Assembly (NCBI GenBank): GCA_963514005.1
Contig: OY740781.1
Coordinates: 99,572,001-99,636,000, forward strand
Direction: 5' to 3'
Length of the DNA: 64,000 bases
From: Raja brachyura
Taxonomy: Eukaryota
The position numbers were made by a program, and so were the translations under genes. Positions 39,371 to 53,708 of this stretch are shown here, in pieces. The notes under the pieces were generated by a model. It made no database searches. It worked only from the letters and a program-made list of their open reading frames with translations, and was not told where the DNA came from. The first letter of the stretch is position 1; each line of letters opens with the position of its first letter.

Positions 39371-40807
39371 CAGCCACAATGCACACTCTCACAATGGTTG
39401 TTTTTTGAATATCACCCTTTAATGGAGCAATTGGTGAACTGACCTGGAACACCAAGAAACAGAAGAGCCTGCAGCGATAGCAAAGCAAACAGTGAAGCAA
39501 GCACACCCGATTAACCTCAGCAGCAGCAACCACATTGGTAGCTACATGACCACACCCACCCCCAATTTCAGAAACATTAGTGGCAGCGGGAGCTGGCGAA
39601 TAACTTTACAAATTCACACAATTTAATGTGATCATCACAGAAGTGTGGCACGAAATGTTCATATATTCATGTCATAGGAGCAGAATTAGGCCATTCACCC
39701 CAGAACCTACCCTGCCAATCATGGCTGATCTATCTCCCTCTCAACCCAATTCGCCTGCCTTCTTCCCGTAAACTCTGACACCCGCACTAATCAAGAAGCT
39801 GCCAATGTCCACATTAAAAATGCTCAATGACTTGGCCTCCACAGCAAAATGTAAACATGAGGAAGTAATTATAAAAATGACTGGCAAGTTTGCCTCTCAA
39901 CGAATGTGCGCAGTTTTGCCTCTCAGATTTTGCAATTATTAATGATATTGTGGATGGAACAGAGCAGGGAACATGAGAGAATCATTGCAGCATGTCTACT
40001 CTCTTGAGACTGATAAGGGAATACCATAGAACTATTACAAATTATTTGGTGTTCTTCAAAATTCTGGCAAATTATTTGTTATTCTGCTCTTAATTTGTGA
40101 ATATGACCACTTGCATTTCATTTTTACAACTTTTCTATCTTGTAAAAATTGAAGTGGAAGTGGTCATGTTCACAAATTAAGAGCAGTAAAGACCAACAAT
40201 GCAAAGTAGAAAATGCAGAAGGAATTTAATTAACAAAAGTACTTAGCATATAAAACAAATTGATAAAATGGAAAAGCAATGTATTTTGAGGAACTGACAT
40301 TCATCAATAAATGAGTGTTAGGTTAGAATATTATGGATCATGGACTGGGTGAAGCAAGTGAACCACCTGAAATGCTTGTATTCATTTTCCTAATTCCCGG
40401 TATTCAACAGTCGGTCTCACTACTAAACCATCCAATTCTCAAAGTAAAAATAGTTTCATAAACATCAAGCTACTTCGCCCTAACCAATGAGAGGCATGCA
40501 CATCAGCAGAAGCTGCAATGTTCCTCTAAACTGCCTTCACAGTTGACACTGCTAGTGGTTGTCCGTGCAATAAAGATAGGAAGAAGCAGAACTTGTTTGA
40601 ACCAGTCTCCAAATGCAATAGATAAAAATGGGGAGAATCATGGTTTTGGCTTCCTTATTTTATGTTTTAACCTGTTCACTGCCAAGTTTTTTTTACTATT
40701 GGCCATGACCCGAGTATATTCAGGGGTGGCACTGTACAGGTTAATCATCTGCGTTCTTGTGCCAAATATGTACATTACTGGAAGCAGTGACCAACAAGAC
40801 CTTGTAG

Positions 40808-41122
40808 ATTTTACTTTAGACTTTAGAGATACAACGTGGAAACAGGCCCTTCAGCCCACCGAGTTCACGCCAACCAGTGATTAACCCATACATTAACACT
40901 ATCCTACACACTAGGGGCAATTTTAGAACTTATGGAAGCCAATTAACCTACAAATCTGTACATCTTTGGAGTGTGGGAGCAAACTAGAGCACCCGGAGAA
41001 AACCCACGTGGTCACTGGGAGAACATACAAAATCCATACAGACAGCACCCGTAGCCAGAAACAAACCCATGTCGCTGATGCTGTAAGGCAGCAATTCTAC
41101 CACTGTGCCACTATGCCGCCCC
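40808..41122 (-). mobile_element. V-SINE
   Basis: Reverse complement of the family consensus seen in this window. Confidence 0.88.
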
Positions 41123-41147
41123 ATGTAGTATCATCCTTCCAAACTGT

Positions 41148-42070
41148 ACACAAAATGGTGGAGTAACTCAGCAGGACAGGCAATATCTCTGGAGAGAAGG
41201 AATGGGTGACGTTTCGGGTTGAGACCCTTCTTCAGACTGATGTCAGGGGAGTGGACCCTCGGGAGACAAATATAGAACGTAGCCAGAGACTGTAAGATTG
41301 GTGGGAGAACTGGGAAGGGGGAGGGGATGGAGAGAGATTGAAAGCAAAGGCTATTTGAAGTTAGAGAACAATGTTCACACCACTGGGGTGTAAGCTACCC
41401 AAGCCAAATATGGGGTGCTGTTCCTCCAATCTGCGCTGGGCCTCACTCTGACAATGGAGGAGGCCTAGGACAGAAAAGTCAGATTGGGAATGGGAGGAGG
41501 AGTTAAAGTGCTGAGCAACCGGGAGATCGGGTAGGTTAAGGCAGACTGAGCGTAGGTGTTCAGCGAAATGATCACCGAGCCTGCGCTTGGTCTCGCCAAT
41601 GTACAGAAATTGACACCTGGAACAGCGGATACAGTAGATGAAGTTGGAGGAGGTGCAAGTGAATCTCTGCCTCACCTGAAAAGACTGTTGAGGTCCTTGG
41701 ATGGAGTCAAGGGGTGAGGTAAAGGGACAGGTGTTGCATTTCCGGCGGTTGCAGGAGAAAGTACCTGGGGAGGGGGTGGTATGGGTGGAAAGGGACGAGT
41801 TGACCAGGGAGTTGCGGAGCGAGCGGTCTCTGCGGAAAGCAGAAAGGGGTGGAGATGGGAAGATGTGGCCAGTAGTGGGATCCCGTTGCAGGTGGCAACA
41901 GTGTTGGAGGATTATATGCTCTATGCGACGGCTGATGGGGTGGCAGGTGAGGACAAGGGGAACTCTGTCCTTGTTGCGAATGGAGGGGGGAGGGGGAGCA
42001 AGAGCAGAGCTGCAGGATACTAACGAGACCCTAGGGAGAGCCTCATCTATAATGGAAGAGGGAAACCCTC
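41148..42070 (-). mobile_element. Penelope-like element 3' portion with GIY-YIG domain
   Basis: ORF 41361-42146 FIYCIRCSRCQFLYIGETKRRLGDHFAEH; terminal repeat 41148-41245. Confidence 0.92.
41208..41235 (-). ncRNA. Minimal type I hammerhead ribozyme-like core (sense to the STIM pre-mRNA)
   Basis: Minus strand CUGAAGA-a-GGGU(cuca)ACCC-GAAA-CG-UC. Confidence 0.65.
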
Positions 42071-42714
42071 CAATTCTTCCTGGTCCACTTCCATTGTACA
42101 ATTGGGCAGCGCAGGGGAGGGAGTGCCTGCTTTTGTTGCGATGCAAAGTGGAATGAGCATAGATCAGAACTATGATGCCACTGCTGCAGAAATGGGAGAA
42201 CCGGAGGACTCAGAGCATAGTCTGGAAGTCTAGTGATGTCAGCACTCATTGTTAATTGCTGCCGATAATTTACAGATTTGGCACATTACAGACAAACATT
42301 CAAGAAAGACAAATAGGGAAGCCAAGGATTCTGTACATTTCTTTTTATTGCTGTTCCAAATTGGCACAGGCAACAATTGCTGAACATTCCCCTCTTTATT
42401 GATGGGGAAATTAGACAGAGTTAGTTTTCCTCCAATTTGACTGCACAGAACTATTTTGAAGGGGGATAGGAGAAATCTCCCTTGTATTCTGGCCAAAATT
42501 TATTTCTCTATTAGCAACATAAAACTATATCTGGTAGTTCTCACGTTGCTGTATGTTGGAGGTTGCTGTATCCAAATTAGCGGTTGTGCTTCTGATATTA
42601 CAATGTTCATTACTCGACAAGAAATAACTCATAGGTTGTAAAGCACTGCAGCACAGCAGGAAACATGAAAGGAACTACATAAATGCAAGGCTAGAGGAGA
42701 CTAGGGAGATGGAG

Positions 42715-43090
42715 GAACAAGTAACTGCAGATGCAGGAATCTTCAGCAAAACACAGTGCTGGAGTAACTCAGCGGATCAGGCCGCATCACTGAAGGCCAT
42801 GGATATGAGATGTTTCAGGTCAAGGATCCGATTATAGTCGGTGGGAAAAAGCTGGAAAAGAGGTGGGGGTGGGACAAAACCCAGCAAGTCATGATGGGTC
42901 AGGTGAGAGGGATTTTGATTGGCCAATAGGTGGACAAAGGAGAGAGATAAAAAAAGGAGAGAGAGCAGAGTGTAGACGGAGAAGAGAGACGATGAGTGAA
43001 ATGTGAAGATAGAGGAATGGATGTAGTTTAAAGGGGACCGACCGGGGAAGGAGAAAGGGGGCGGGATACCAGGAGCGTGCATGGGTGAGG
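42715..43090 (-). mobile_element. Degraded Penelope-like tail
   Basis: gctggagtaactcagcggatcaggccgcatc terminal motif plus purine-rich UTR like 34100-34400. Confidence 0.65.
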
Positions 43091-43144
43091 GGGATTAGAG
43101 AGCTAATCTGGTTTAATAACAGGAAAGAGAACAGGAAGGCATGA

Positions 43145-43855
43145 GGGCACAGTGGGAGACCTGCTGTCTCACAGCGTCGGAGACCTGGGTTTGATCCTGA
43201 CTGTGGGTTTTCTCCGGGTGCTCCGGTTTCCTCCCACGTTCCAAAGACATGCAGGTTTGTTAGTTAATTGGCATCTGTAAATTTAATGTGCAGGATGTAA
43301 AAGTGGAATAACACTGAACTAGCACACGGAGTGGACTCGGTGGGCCTAAGGACCAATTTCAACGCAGAATTTCAAATTTAAACTAAAGAAGCCAGCAGGT
43401 GGCCAATAAGGGGTTGATGGGGAAAAGGACAGATGGAGGAGCTCTAGGTGATCCCTTGAATGGATGCAGAGAATTAATTAAAACCAGATGGTCAAAGTGA
43501 TTAGAGTTGCAGGAGGACCTGCACCAATTGGCGCAGGTAGAGTTGCAGTAGAGTTTCTCCCTTACAGCGCTTGCAGCGCCAGAGATCCGGGCTCAATCCC
43601 GACTACGGGTGATGGCTGTACAGAGTTTATACGTTCTCCCTGTAACCCCATTGGTTTTCTTCAATATCTTTGGTTTCCTCCCACACTCCAAAGACGTACA
43701 GGTTAGTAGGGTAATTGGCTTGGTGTATGTGTAAAAATTGTCCCTAGTTTGTGTGCAGGATAGTGTTAGTGTGCGGGGGTCGCTGGTCAGCGCTGACTAG
43801 GTGGGCCGAAGGGCCTGTTTCCGTACGCTGTATCTCTAAACTAAACTAAACTAAA
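43145..43855 (+). mobile_element. Two V-SINE copies (43145-43387 and 43530-43855)
   Basis: Heads, V cores and (ctaaa)n tails. Confidence 0.85.
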
Positions 43856-44626
43856 AAAACCCAAATGTTTTCTGTGTTCAGAGAAAGCCTTGTTACCAGA
43901 CACACCCGTTACAAGTGTTAGGATCTGTGATATAGATCCGATTACAAATAAAACGTTATAGTCTTACACAACATTTAATCAGACCATCAAACATGCTGCA
44001 GAAAAGACACAACCACAAGACAAATTTGTAATTTCCTTACTATGAATATCTTGCATGCTCAGATCCAGGTTTTGGTTCATAGCTATCATATTTAGTTGAC
44101 TACCTTGACATTTACTTCATTACTTTTACACATCAAACCTACATGTGTCTATGTCATCTCTATGGTAACTGAGTACTCAATGTCCAAAGCACACAACCAA
44201 AGTGCACAGAGTCTACAAAATATCTTTAAATGGTGTTTACTGTTATTGAAACTGGCGTCACAGAACTTGAAGTGTTTAAGCCCCATGTAATTACAGTGTT
44301 TCCCATTCAATTTAAGCAGCAGCACACATTATATTAAAATCCAGAAAAGCTATCCAGCGGTACTCCTCCAAAATTAAAAACTTTATTACAGGAAGTCCTG
44401 TTGAAGTTCAAGGTTAAGTTTTTTTTTAAATACCTGAAATTCTTAAATATTGTGAAGAAAACGAGACAAAATTGAAGCCAAGAGATGTTTTAAGTTACAG
44501 GTCCGTTGCCAGAACCCATTAATCAACCCATTAATCAAGTGCCAGTGAGATCACAATCATCAACTTATTTCACAGTTGATTTTAAAATTACATTCTGAAA
44601 AGTCATCCTGTCATTATTGATTGAAA

Positions 44627-44930
44627 GTTACAGCATGGAAACGGGCCCTTCGACCCATCGAGTCCATGCTGACCATTGATCGCCCATTCACACTGTTTCT
44701 ATATTATACCACTTGCGCATCCACTCCCTGCACACTGAGGGCAAGTTAAAGAGACCAATAACAAACAAATCCTGCACTCTTTTGGAATGTGGGAGGAAAC
44801 TGGAGCACTTGGAGTAAACCCACACGGTCACAAGCACAACGTGCAAACTCCACACAGACAGCACCAGATGTCAGAATCAAACCCAGGTCTCTGGTGGTGT
44901 GAAGCAGCAGTTCTATCAGCTGCACCACTG
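44627..44930 (-). mobile_element. V-SINE, followed by a CR1 3' end (44970-45175, plus)
   Basis: Reverse complement of the family consensus. Confidence 0.8.
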
Positions 44931-45684
44931 TTATATTTAAAAATTCCCAAAAAGACAAGCAAATGTCGCCTATGGGTGGTGGGTTTATGGAAGCAGAGGA
45001 GGTATGAGGCAGGTACTATAACAACATTCAAAAGACATTTGGATAGGTGCATGGACAGGAAAGGTTTAGAGGGATATGAGCCAAACATGGGTGGGTGGGA
45101 CTAGTGTAGATGGGTCACCTTGGTCGGTACGGGCACCTAGGCCAAAAGGCCTGTTTCTGTGCTGTATGACTCTAAGGAAGGTAAAGGTCAAGTGTAAGGA
45201 GGGTAAAAGTCAAGTGTTACTTCATATAGTCTCCTGACTAGAAGCAATAGAACATTGCCATAAATAAATATATAATCTGGCAACACAGCAAGTTACAGTT
45301 TAGCAGTCGAAGTAAAGAATCTCGTTACAGCTCTGCAAAATATAGGTATTATATTAGGTTTTAGACAAAAATGCCAGAGGGGATTTGAAATAATGACAAT
45401 TATGATCATTCTCTGTGTGTTTCTTAGCTACCAAACATACATCACAGAAAAATTGGAATTGAATGAGCAGGCTGGAAAAGCACCTGGGATTTCTGATCTG
45501 GACTAATGGTAATTTCAGTACAGCCTGGAGTTGGTTTGCTGACCCAGTTCTGCCAATGAAGTTCACAGTGAGATCCAAGGAAAGAGTGGGGGGTTCAATG
45601 AATCTACAGGAATGCACCCATGTTTGGTCTCATCGGGCGAGAACAAAATTGTAATCCGCTGTCATCCCCTCCATGATCATCAGT

Positions 45685-46422
45685 CAATAAAAGTAAACAT
45701 GCAGGTACAGCAGGCAGTGAAGAAAGTGAATGGCATGTTGGCCTTCATAACGAGAGGACCTTCTGCAGTTGTACAGGGCCCTAGTAAGACCACACCTGGA
45801 ATATTGTGTGCAGTTTTGCTCTCCAAATTTGAGGAAAGACATTCTTGCAATTGAGGGAGCGCAGCGTAGGTTCACAAGGTTAATTCCCAGGAAGGCGGGA
45901 CTGTCATATTCAATTCAATTCAATCTTTATTGTCATTGTGCAGTGTACAATACAGAGACAACAAAATGAAGTTGGTATCTGATATGCTGGGAGAATGGAG
46001 CAGCTGGGTTTGTATACTCTGGAATTTAGAGGGATGAGAGGGAATCTTACTGAAACATATAAGATTATTAAGGGTTTGGACATACTAGAGGCAGGAAACA
46101 TGTTCCCGATGTTGGGGGAGTCCAGAACTAGGGGCACAGTTTAAGAATAACGGATAAGCCATTTAGAACGGAGATGAGGAAACACTTTTTCACACAGAGA
46201 GTTGTGAGTCTGTTGAATTCTCTGCCACAGAGGGTGGTGGAGGCTGGTTCCCTGAATACTTTCAAGAGAGAGCTAGATAGGGCTCTTAAAGATAGCAGAG
46301 TCAGGGGATATGGGGAGAAGGCAGGAACGGGGTACTGATTGTGGCTGATCAGCCATAATCACATTGAATGGCGGTGTTGGCTCGATGGGCCAAATGGACT
46401 ACTCCTGCACCTACTGTCTATT
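45685..46422 (+). mobile_element. CR1 LINE 3' fragment containing a short inverted LINE-tail insertion (about 45908-45980)
   Basis: [15 protein letters not shown]; typical CR1 3' UTR. Confidence 0.88.
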
Positions 46423-47006
46423 GATTAAAACGCCTACAAAATACTCTTCCATTCTTATTTGGATATATCAGAGATCAGCAGACAACAGTAGATTTAAATC
46501 CAAGCAAGAGTTCAGAAGAGGAAATAGATTACAGCAAATGAACTAAAATTTAAAACAGTCAAGGCTTTGTGTTTAGTCTCGTTTTCCTACTTGCAGGATT
46601 TCACTTCTATAACACTTCCTCTAACAAATCAACTGACTGAAATTATGCAATAAAAATGTGGGCATATTTACAAAAATATATGATGTATTGAGGAAACTTA
46701 TGCATCATATGGAAAAGGCCACAAATATTAGATGTGTCACTGGCATGGAAATGGTGGTGATCGGTCAACAGGAGTGCATCTAAAGCCAAATGAGCTTACA
46801 AACCTTGGATACCCAAGTCTCCTTCCGACCTTGTGGGGCATTATTACATTGTTATGATCTTCCTACATTTTGGGTTCAATTTCTATTTCCAGTCATTGAG
46901 CAATCAATAAACTTCATGTTCTTAAGTGACCTGCTTTATCAGAATTTGACCTGTTCCAACAAAACTACTTCCAAATTCTGGCTCCACATTTTTGGAAAGA
47001 GGTCAG

Positions 47007-47996
47007 TAGCAATGTTACAAAATTTTGAGATTTCAAAAATCTGCAATTTATCCCATGAAATAAAGCATAAAAAGAAGTTTGATTTGACACCTAATTCACT
47101 TTCATATCTTTAGTATTAAAAAAGTGATGGCCATTTTCATACTCAGAAATTAGCTTCTTGTTCCCTATTGCTTTTCTATTGACTCAACACAAAAGATGTG
47201 ATCGAGGACAGTCAAAAGCCCATAACTTTCTTAAAAATTAAGAGAACTGAAAGAAATTGAAGTATTCTGAAACAAATATGAAACAATCTTACTTGGATGT
47301 CCTGAAATTAAAGCATATAATTAGTTAGTTACCCAATTGTAGCTAATTACAAAATTCAATTACTAGATCTAAACATCTATCCATTTCTTAAGAAAAGATT
47401 AACATTTATAAATAGCCTAAGTGTCCAAATAACATTCACACAAGAATTCACAATATAACATGATTTTTAAATCTCATTGTCATGAATTTATAGGCCAAAT
47501 GGAAGAAATTTAGTGTTTAAATCATCTTGCGAGTGGGATTTTATGGAACGCGATCGATTGGAACGTTGCGGTTGCGGTGAATTTAAACCCCATAACGGCA
47601 GGAAAAATACTGCCGGTTCGTATCTTTTCTAAGTCACCTTTTCGCAACATGAAATTTTGATTAAAGGCATCCTAAGAAGCGAGTTTATATGAAAAAATAA
47701 ACGGTGTACCTTGCCTTGTCTCCTACGTGAGATCAGTCCCGTTGTCGGCATTCACGACTTTACAAGATGATTTTTATTTTACTCATGGTAATACATTATC
47801 CAGCGTGGTTTAAAAATAACTTCATAAAACAAATGTCGGAGCGATTTCTCTTCAGCAACTAAACACCCTGAGAAACATCGATTTGAATAGTCTGGGGAAA
47901 ACCGCATTTTTTAACCCACCCCCCCTCTCAAAGGCGCTAAAGTTGCGCAGTGGCAGAACTGCAGCGCCGCTCAAGGTACGTTTTGTAACATACCTA
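47007..47996. mobile_element. Non-autonomous DNA transposon with TAG...CTA ends (superfamily unresolved)
   Basis: tagcaatgttacaaaa ... ttttgtaacataccta imperfect TIR; extensive homology to 15150-16342 in opposite orientation. Confidence 0.8.
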
Positions 47997-48154
47997 AGGG
48001 CAGCTTTGCAAGAATTTCAGAAGAACAGACATTGAATTGATATGTATGAAGAAGGGTCTCGACCCGAAACGTCGCCTATCTCCTTCGCTCCTTAGATGCT
48101 GCTGCACCCGCTGAGTTTCTCCAGCTTTTTGTGTACCGTTGAATTGATATGTTT

Positions 48155-48793
48155 ATTTTAGTTTAGTTTAGAGACACAGCTCGGAAACAGGCCACTCGAC
48201 CCACCAAGTCCGCATCGACCAGCGATCCACGCACATTAACACTATCCTAACACTAGGGACAATTTACACTTATACCAAGTCAATTAACCTACAAACCTCT
48301 ACGTCTTTGGAATGTGGGAGGAAACCGAAGATAACCATATAACCATATAACAATTACAGCACGGAAACAGGCCATCTTGGCCCTTCAAGTCCGTGCCGAA
48401 CAACTTTTTTCCCTTAGTCCCACCTGCCTGCACTCATACCATAACCCTCCATACCCTTCTCATCCATATGCCTATCCAATTTATTTTTAAATGATACCAA
48501 CGAACCTGCCGCCACCACTTCCACTGGAAGCTCATTCCACACCTTGGAAATCTTGGAGAAAACCCACGCGGTCACGTGGAGAACGTACCAACTCTATACA
48601 GACAGCACCCATTGCCAATTAACCTATAAGCCTACACATATTAGGGATGGGGGAGGAAAGCAGACCAACCGGAGGAAACCCATGCAGTCACAAGGAGAAT
48701 GTGCAATCTCTACAGAGACAGCACCCAAGATCAGAATTGAACCATCTCTCTGGTGCTGTGAGGCAGCCGTTCTAAGGGCTGTGCCACTGTGAT
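48155..48793 (-). mobile_element. V-SINE cluster interrupted by a young CR1
   Basis: SINE tail 48155-48332, CR1, then SINE bodies and head. Confidence 0.8.
48333..48543 (-). mobile_element. Very young CR1 3' end inserted into a SINE
   Basis: About 200 bp matching 5783-5982 with one substitution seen by eye. Confidence 0.9.
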
Positions 48794-49238
48794 GCCACTA
48801 AGTGTTTTCTTCAGTCAGAAAATGCACAGAAAAACTAATGGTGGCATCAGGAGAAAGTTAGCTAAAGATGAAACCACGAGCAAGTGATACAGGAATAGGT
48901 TGTTAAAATTGCAAAAAAGAGGATGCAATAGTTGGCTATTCAATAAGATTGTGGCTGACCATCCCACCCAGTGGCAATTTTCCACAGAATCATTTGAATC
49001 CTTTAATATCCAAAAATCAATCTATATCTGCCTTGGATATAATCAGCACTTTCTTCTTGGGAAGATAATACAAATGATTCACTAGCCTCCTGGGTGAAAA
49101 GCTTTCTTTTCATCCTCACCGTGGCCAACACTGCTTTTAAGAATGTGACCCCTGGACAGCCAAGGTAGATGAATTATCACCTACTGACCTGCACAACTTT
49201 ATTAAGCCACTTAAGAATTTTAGATGCATCAAAGGGTT

Positions 49239-49733
49239 AGAAACATAGAAACATAGAAAATAGGTGCTGGAGGAGGCCCATCGAGCCAGCACCACCGTTC
49301 ATGGTGATCATCCCCAATCAATAACCCGTGCCTGCCTTCTCCCCATATCCCTTGACTCCACTAGCCCATAGAGCTCTATCTAACTCTCTCTTAAATCCAT
49401 CCAGTGAATTGGCCTCCACTACCCTTTGTGGCAGGGAATTCCACAAATTCACAACTCTCTGGGTGAAAATGTTTTTTTTCACCTTAGTCTTAAATGGCCT
49501 CCCCTTTATTCTAAGACTGTGGCACCTGGTTCTGGACTCGCCCAACATTGGGAACATTTTTCCCGCATCTAGCTTGTCCAGTCCTTTTATAATTTTATAT
49601 GTTTCTATAAGATCTCCCCTCATCCTTCTAAACTCCAGTGAATACAAGCCTAGTCTTTTCAATCTTTCCTCAGATGACAGTCCCGCCATCCCAGGGATCA
49701 ATCTCGTGAACCTACGCTGCACTGCCTCAATCA
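49239..49733 (-). mobile_element. CR1 LINE 3' fragment
   Basis: ORF 49318-49770 [12 protein letters not shown]...; (agaaacat)n tail. Confidence 0.92.
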
Positions 49734-50204
49734 CAGATCGGTTTACATTTTTCTGAACTCCATAGAGCACAAACCCAGTCTGTTTAATCTTTCCCCAAGG
49801 GATAAAACTTTCAAGCCAGGAAAGAATTTAGCTAATTTTCACTGTACTTTCTTTACAGCAAGTAGATCCTTTCTGAAAATGTCATTCTCATACATATATA
49901 TTCAATATGTATGTAGAAGAACGAATCCAAAACAACATGGTTCACAAAGAATGGAACCAAAACACTTCCCATTGACATGATTTATTCTGTAGTACTTTTT
50001 GGTCTCCAACTAATAAATGTCAAAACAGAAATAGGTGATTGCAGACATAGCAACAAAACCAAATACAATTCTGTCTTTCCTGAATATGTCATAGTATCTT
50101 TAATTGTTTAATACCCTGTTCATTTGATCTCTATTTACATTCAAACACAAATCACAAATAGGGTATGAAGTCTACATTACAAAAGCTCAGAATTTATGAC
50201 TTTA

Positions 50205-50513
<309 letters not shown>

Positions 50514-50929
50514 TCAAGAGACACCAATTGGAAAAAGTTACTTTTTGTGTTTATTTATTCACTTTTTTCCCCCCACATAAATTGTATGTGAGGGAATTGT
50601 AATCCCATATTTTTGGGCAGTGATTTATACATTCTGTTAAGGGCTAGTTTCCATAACCCAAACAGCCGTAACACAGGTCGCCTGTAGTCAATTTCCCATT
50701 CCACTCTACGTGAGAATTCAGCAGAAAATGTATATTTTATGTGGAGCAAATTAGAAAGCATAGACCAAGATCTTGCAAATGTAATTAATTTCTCATTTTA
50801 AGATCTTCTTTTATAAGCAAAATTATTAGTCCAAATTTATAGTAGAATCTGTCATTGTAAACACTTCACACAACAGTATTTCTGGAGTAGAATGACGTTC
50901 TGGAGTCCAATATTTTCACCAGTCCCCGC

Positions 50930-51604
50930 AGCCCCCAGCGACCCTGTGATATCAGTCACCGAGGCCCACATCAGAAGATCCTATTTGAGGGTGAACCCCC
51001 GGAAATGGCTGGTCCTGATAATGTACATGGCCACGTTCTCAAAAGCTGCACAGACCAACTGACTGGAGTTTTGACTGTCATCCTCACCCTATCAGTACTA
51101 TCTATCCAAGGTCCTAACCTGCTTTAAAAAGACATCCAAAAGCCCAAGAAGAGCAAGATGCCGTGCATCAACGATTACCATCCGGTGGCACACATGTCCA
51201 TTATATGTTGAAGTGCTTCAAGAGGTTGGTATCAAAGTAAATCTTTTAATGACCTGGACCCAGTTCAATTCTCATACCGCAGCAACAAATCGAAAGTGGA
51301 TGCAATCTCATTTGCTCTCCTTTCTGCACTAGACAATTTGGTTCGGCAGGCTGTTGATCTTCGACTACAGATCAACAGTTCAACACCATCATCCCTTCAA
51401 AAGTCAGGTAACCAGAACACTAATCCTTCCTGTGAAACCGGATCGTCAACTCCCTCATCAGTACAGATAGGCAAAACCTCGTCCTCACTGTCCCTCAGCA
51501 CAGGATGCCTTGGGGCCCCGTACTCAGGCCACAGCTCCACTCTCTTATATACCCATGTGAGCCATATATTGTTTTTGTCTTTGCATTATTGTTTGTTTGT
51601 TTGT

Positions 51605-51662
<58 letters not shown>

Positions 51663-52840
51663 TTGTTTGTTGATTCTTGACACTCTTGACTCTCAATTCC
51701 TATGCCACCTTTAAATTTACCAACAATAACAATGCCGTTGGACAAATAAAGGGCAACAAGAAGTCAGAGTGCAAGTGGGAGACTGATAATCTGATTGAGT
51801 GGTGGCAAAAACAACAATCTAGCTCTCAAGATTAGCAAGACCGAGATAAAACCAAGGAGCTGATTTGTTGATTTCAGTAAGGAAGTCGAGGAACCATGCA
51901 ACTGTCTTCATGGGTGGAACAGCAGTGAACAGAGTAAACAGCTTAAAGTTCCTGGGTGGAGACATCTCTGCTCATCTGTCGGTGGCCCAACACATTGCTG
52001 TGATTATAAAGAAAGATTACCAATGCTAATATGTCTTCAGAATATTGAGGGGATTTGGAATATTTTTCAAACTTTTACAGGTGTACAACGGACAGTAAAC
52101 TGACTGGTTGTATCATAGTCAGGTTCGGAAATTTGAACTATCTCGAACGAACAAGACTCTAAAATGTGGCGGACAATGCCCAGTCTACCATGGGTAGACT
52201 TCCCCATCACCAAAGGAATCTACAGAAAACACTCCCTTAAGAATGCCGCTAATATCATCAACGAGCACACTTCCTTGGCCACATTCACTGCTGCCATCGG
52301 GAAGAAGGTGCAAGTGGCCGGGGACAGTGAAGTCTACGTTCAAGAACAGCTTCTTCCTATCACCCACCTATTCCTCGAACCTGCACAACCCGAACTACAT
52401 CCCTACCTCAGCAATGAATCACTGCGGACTTTGCATTACTATTGTTGCTCCACATTCTTTGATTTTTGCACTATTATGGCCTAGATTACTTAGAATAACT
52501 TATAATTTATTGTATATTTATTTGATGTTGTTAGATAATACATACCTCATGTAAGCTACAAACTATTAATTTAATGATGTTGTTATAAATTGTACAACAA
52601 TACTTGAATAGTCGTACTTGAACTTGAATACTTGAACACTTGGAGAGGACAAACAAGGCAAGGAATACATGATTAGTGGCAGAGCAAGAAACCTGGAAAA
52701 AGAAAAGCAACTCAAGTGCATGTCCTCAGGAATTTGAATATAGGGTGACAGGTAGATAAAGTGCCCGTAAAACTGTAGCAAGTGAGAATTTCATTGTTCC
52801 AGTTCATATCCAGTGCATGTGATAAATAAAGTCTAATGAA
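50930..52840 (+). mobile_element. Old degraded Rex1/Babar-like LINE
   Basis: Degenerate RT motifs (NDYHPVA, SLSLSTG, TKELI, FKNSFF) and tail gtagcaagtgagaatttcattgttc. Confidence 0.65.
51608..51657 (+). repeat. (TA)n microsatellite
   Basis: Direct reading. Confidence 0.97.
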
Positions 52841-53708
52841 TCTTATTCAGCATAACAAGATTTGCAAACAAATGCCAATGATAAAGTCAAAGGAAAATGT
52901 TGTTATGTATACAGTTGTTCGAAAGGAAATTAATCTTTAAACCTATGTTGCATGTTGAAATCTACTGCACGACATTTGGGCTTAAATGTAATGTTTGCAG
53001 GTATAGTTTCAATTAAAAGTGTTGTTAGGGAAATTAAATGACTAACCACAAGCCCCACACGTCCACAATTTTTATTTCTATTATTTTGTTCGTTCCATCA
53101 CTCCCTCGATGAACTCAAAGCATCGAAGTCCTCACCTCAGATGCATAGTTCCTGCCCCCCCTCTCTATCACTGAATTTACTCTCGCCAAACCACCATAAT
53201 CTCCGCCCCGTCCCATTCGTTAGGCCAACCTTGGTCACCCACACCAAACACAAGGTAAATGGGTAGAGGGCTGAATTTAGTGATATATTTCTTGGGCTTT
53301 AATTTAAGCGCTGTGATTGAGATGCTTCAAATTGACAATGTGATGGGGAGAGGAATATAGTTCAAAGTCATAGGAAGATATTAATTGCCCATAATGCAAG
53401 TGTAACTCAGCAGTTCAGGCAGCATCTCTGGAGAATACAAAATGCCGAGTTACTCTGGCATTTTGTGTCTCTTATTGTTAACAAGCATCTGCAGTTTCTT
53501 GTGTCCACACCACATGTTAGGTGGGCAGAAAACTGGCAAATGAAATTCAGCATGGAGATCCGTGGGGAGGAATACTTGAATAGTCGTACTTGAACTTGAA
53601 TACTTGAACACTTGGGGAGGACAAACAAGGCAAGAAATACATGATTAGTGGCAGAGCAAGAAACCTGGAAAAAGAAAAGCAACTTCAAGTGCATGTCCTC
53701 AGGAACTT

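Noticed and set aside
1-50200. STIM exon 3 or later exons
   Set aside because: By eye I found no minus-strand segment resembling F(I/L)REDxxY...LWKxWKxSE. It is probably outside the window, but a TBLASTN would be needed to exclude it.
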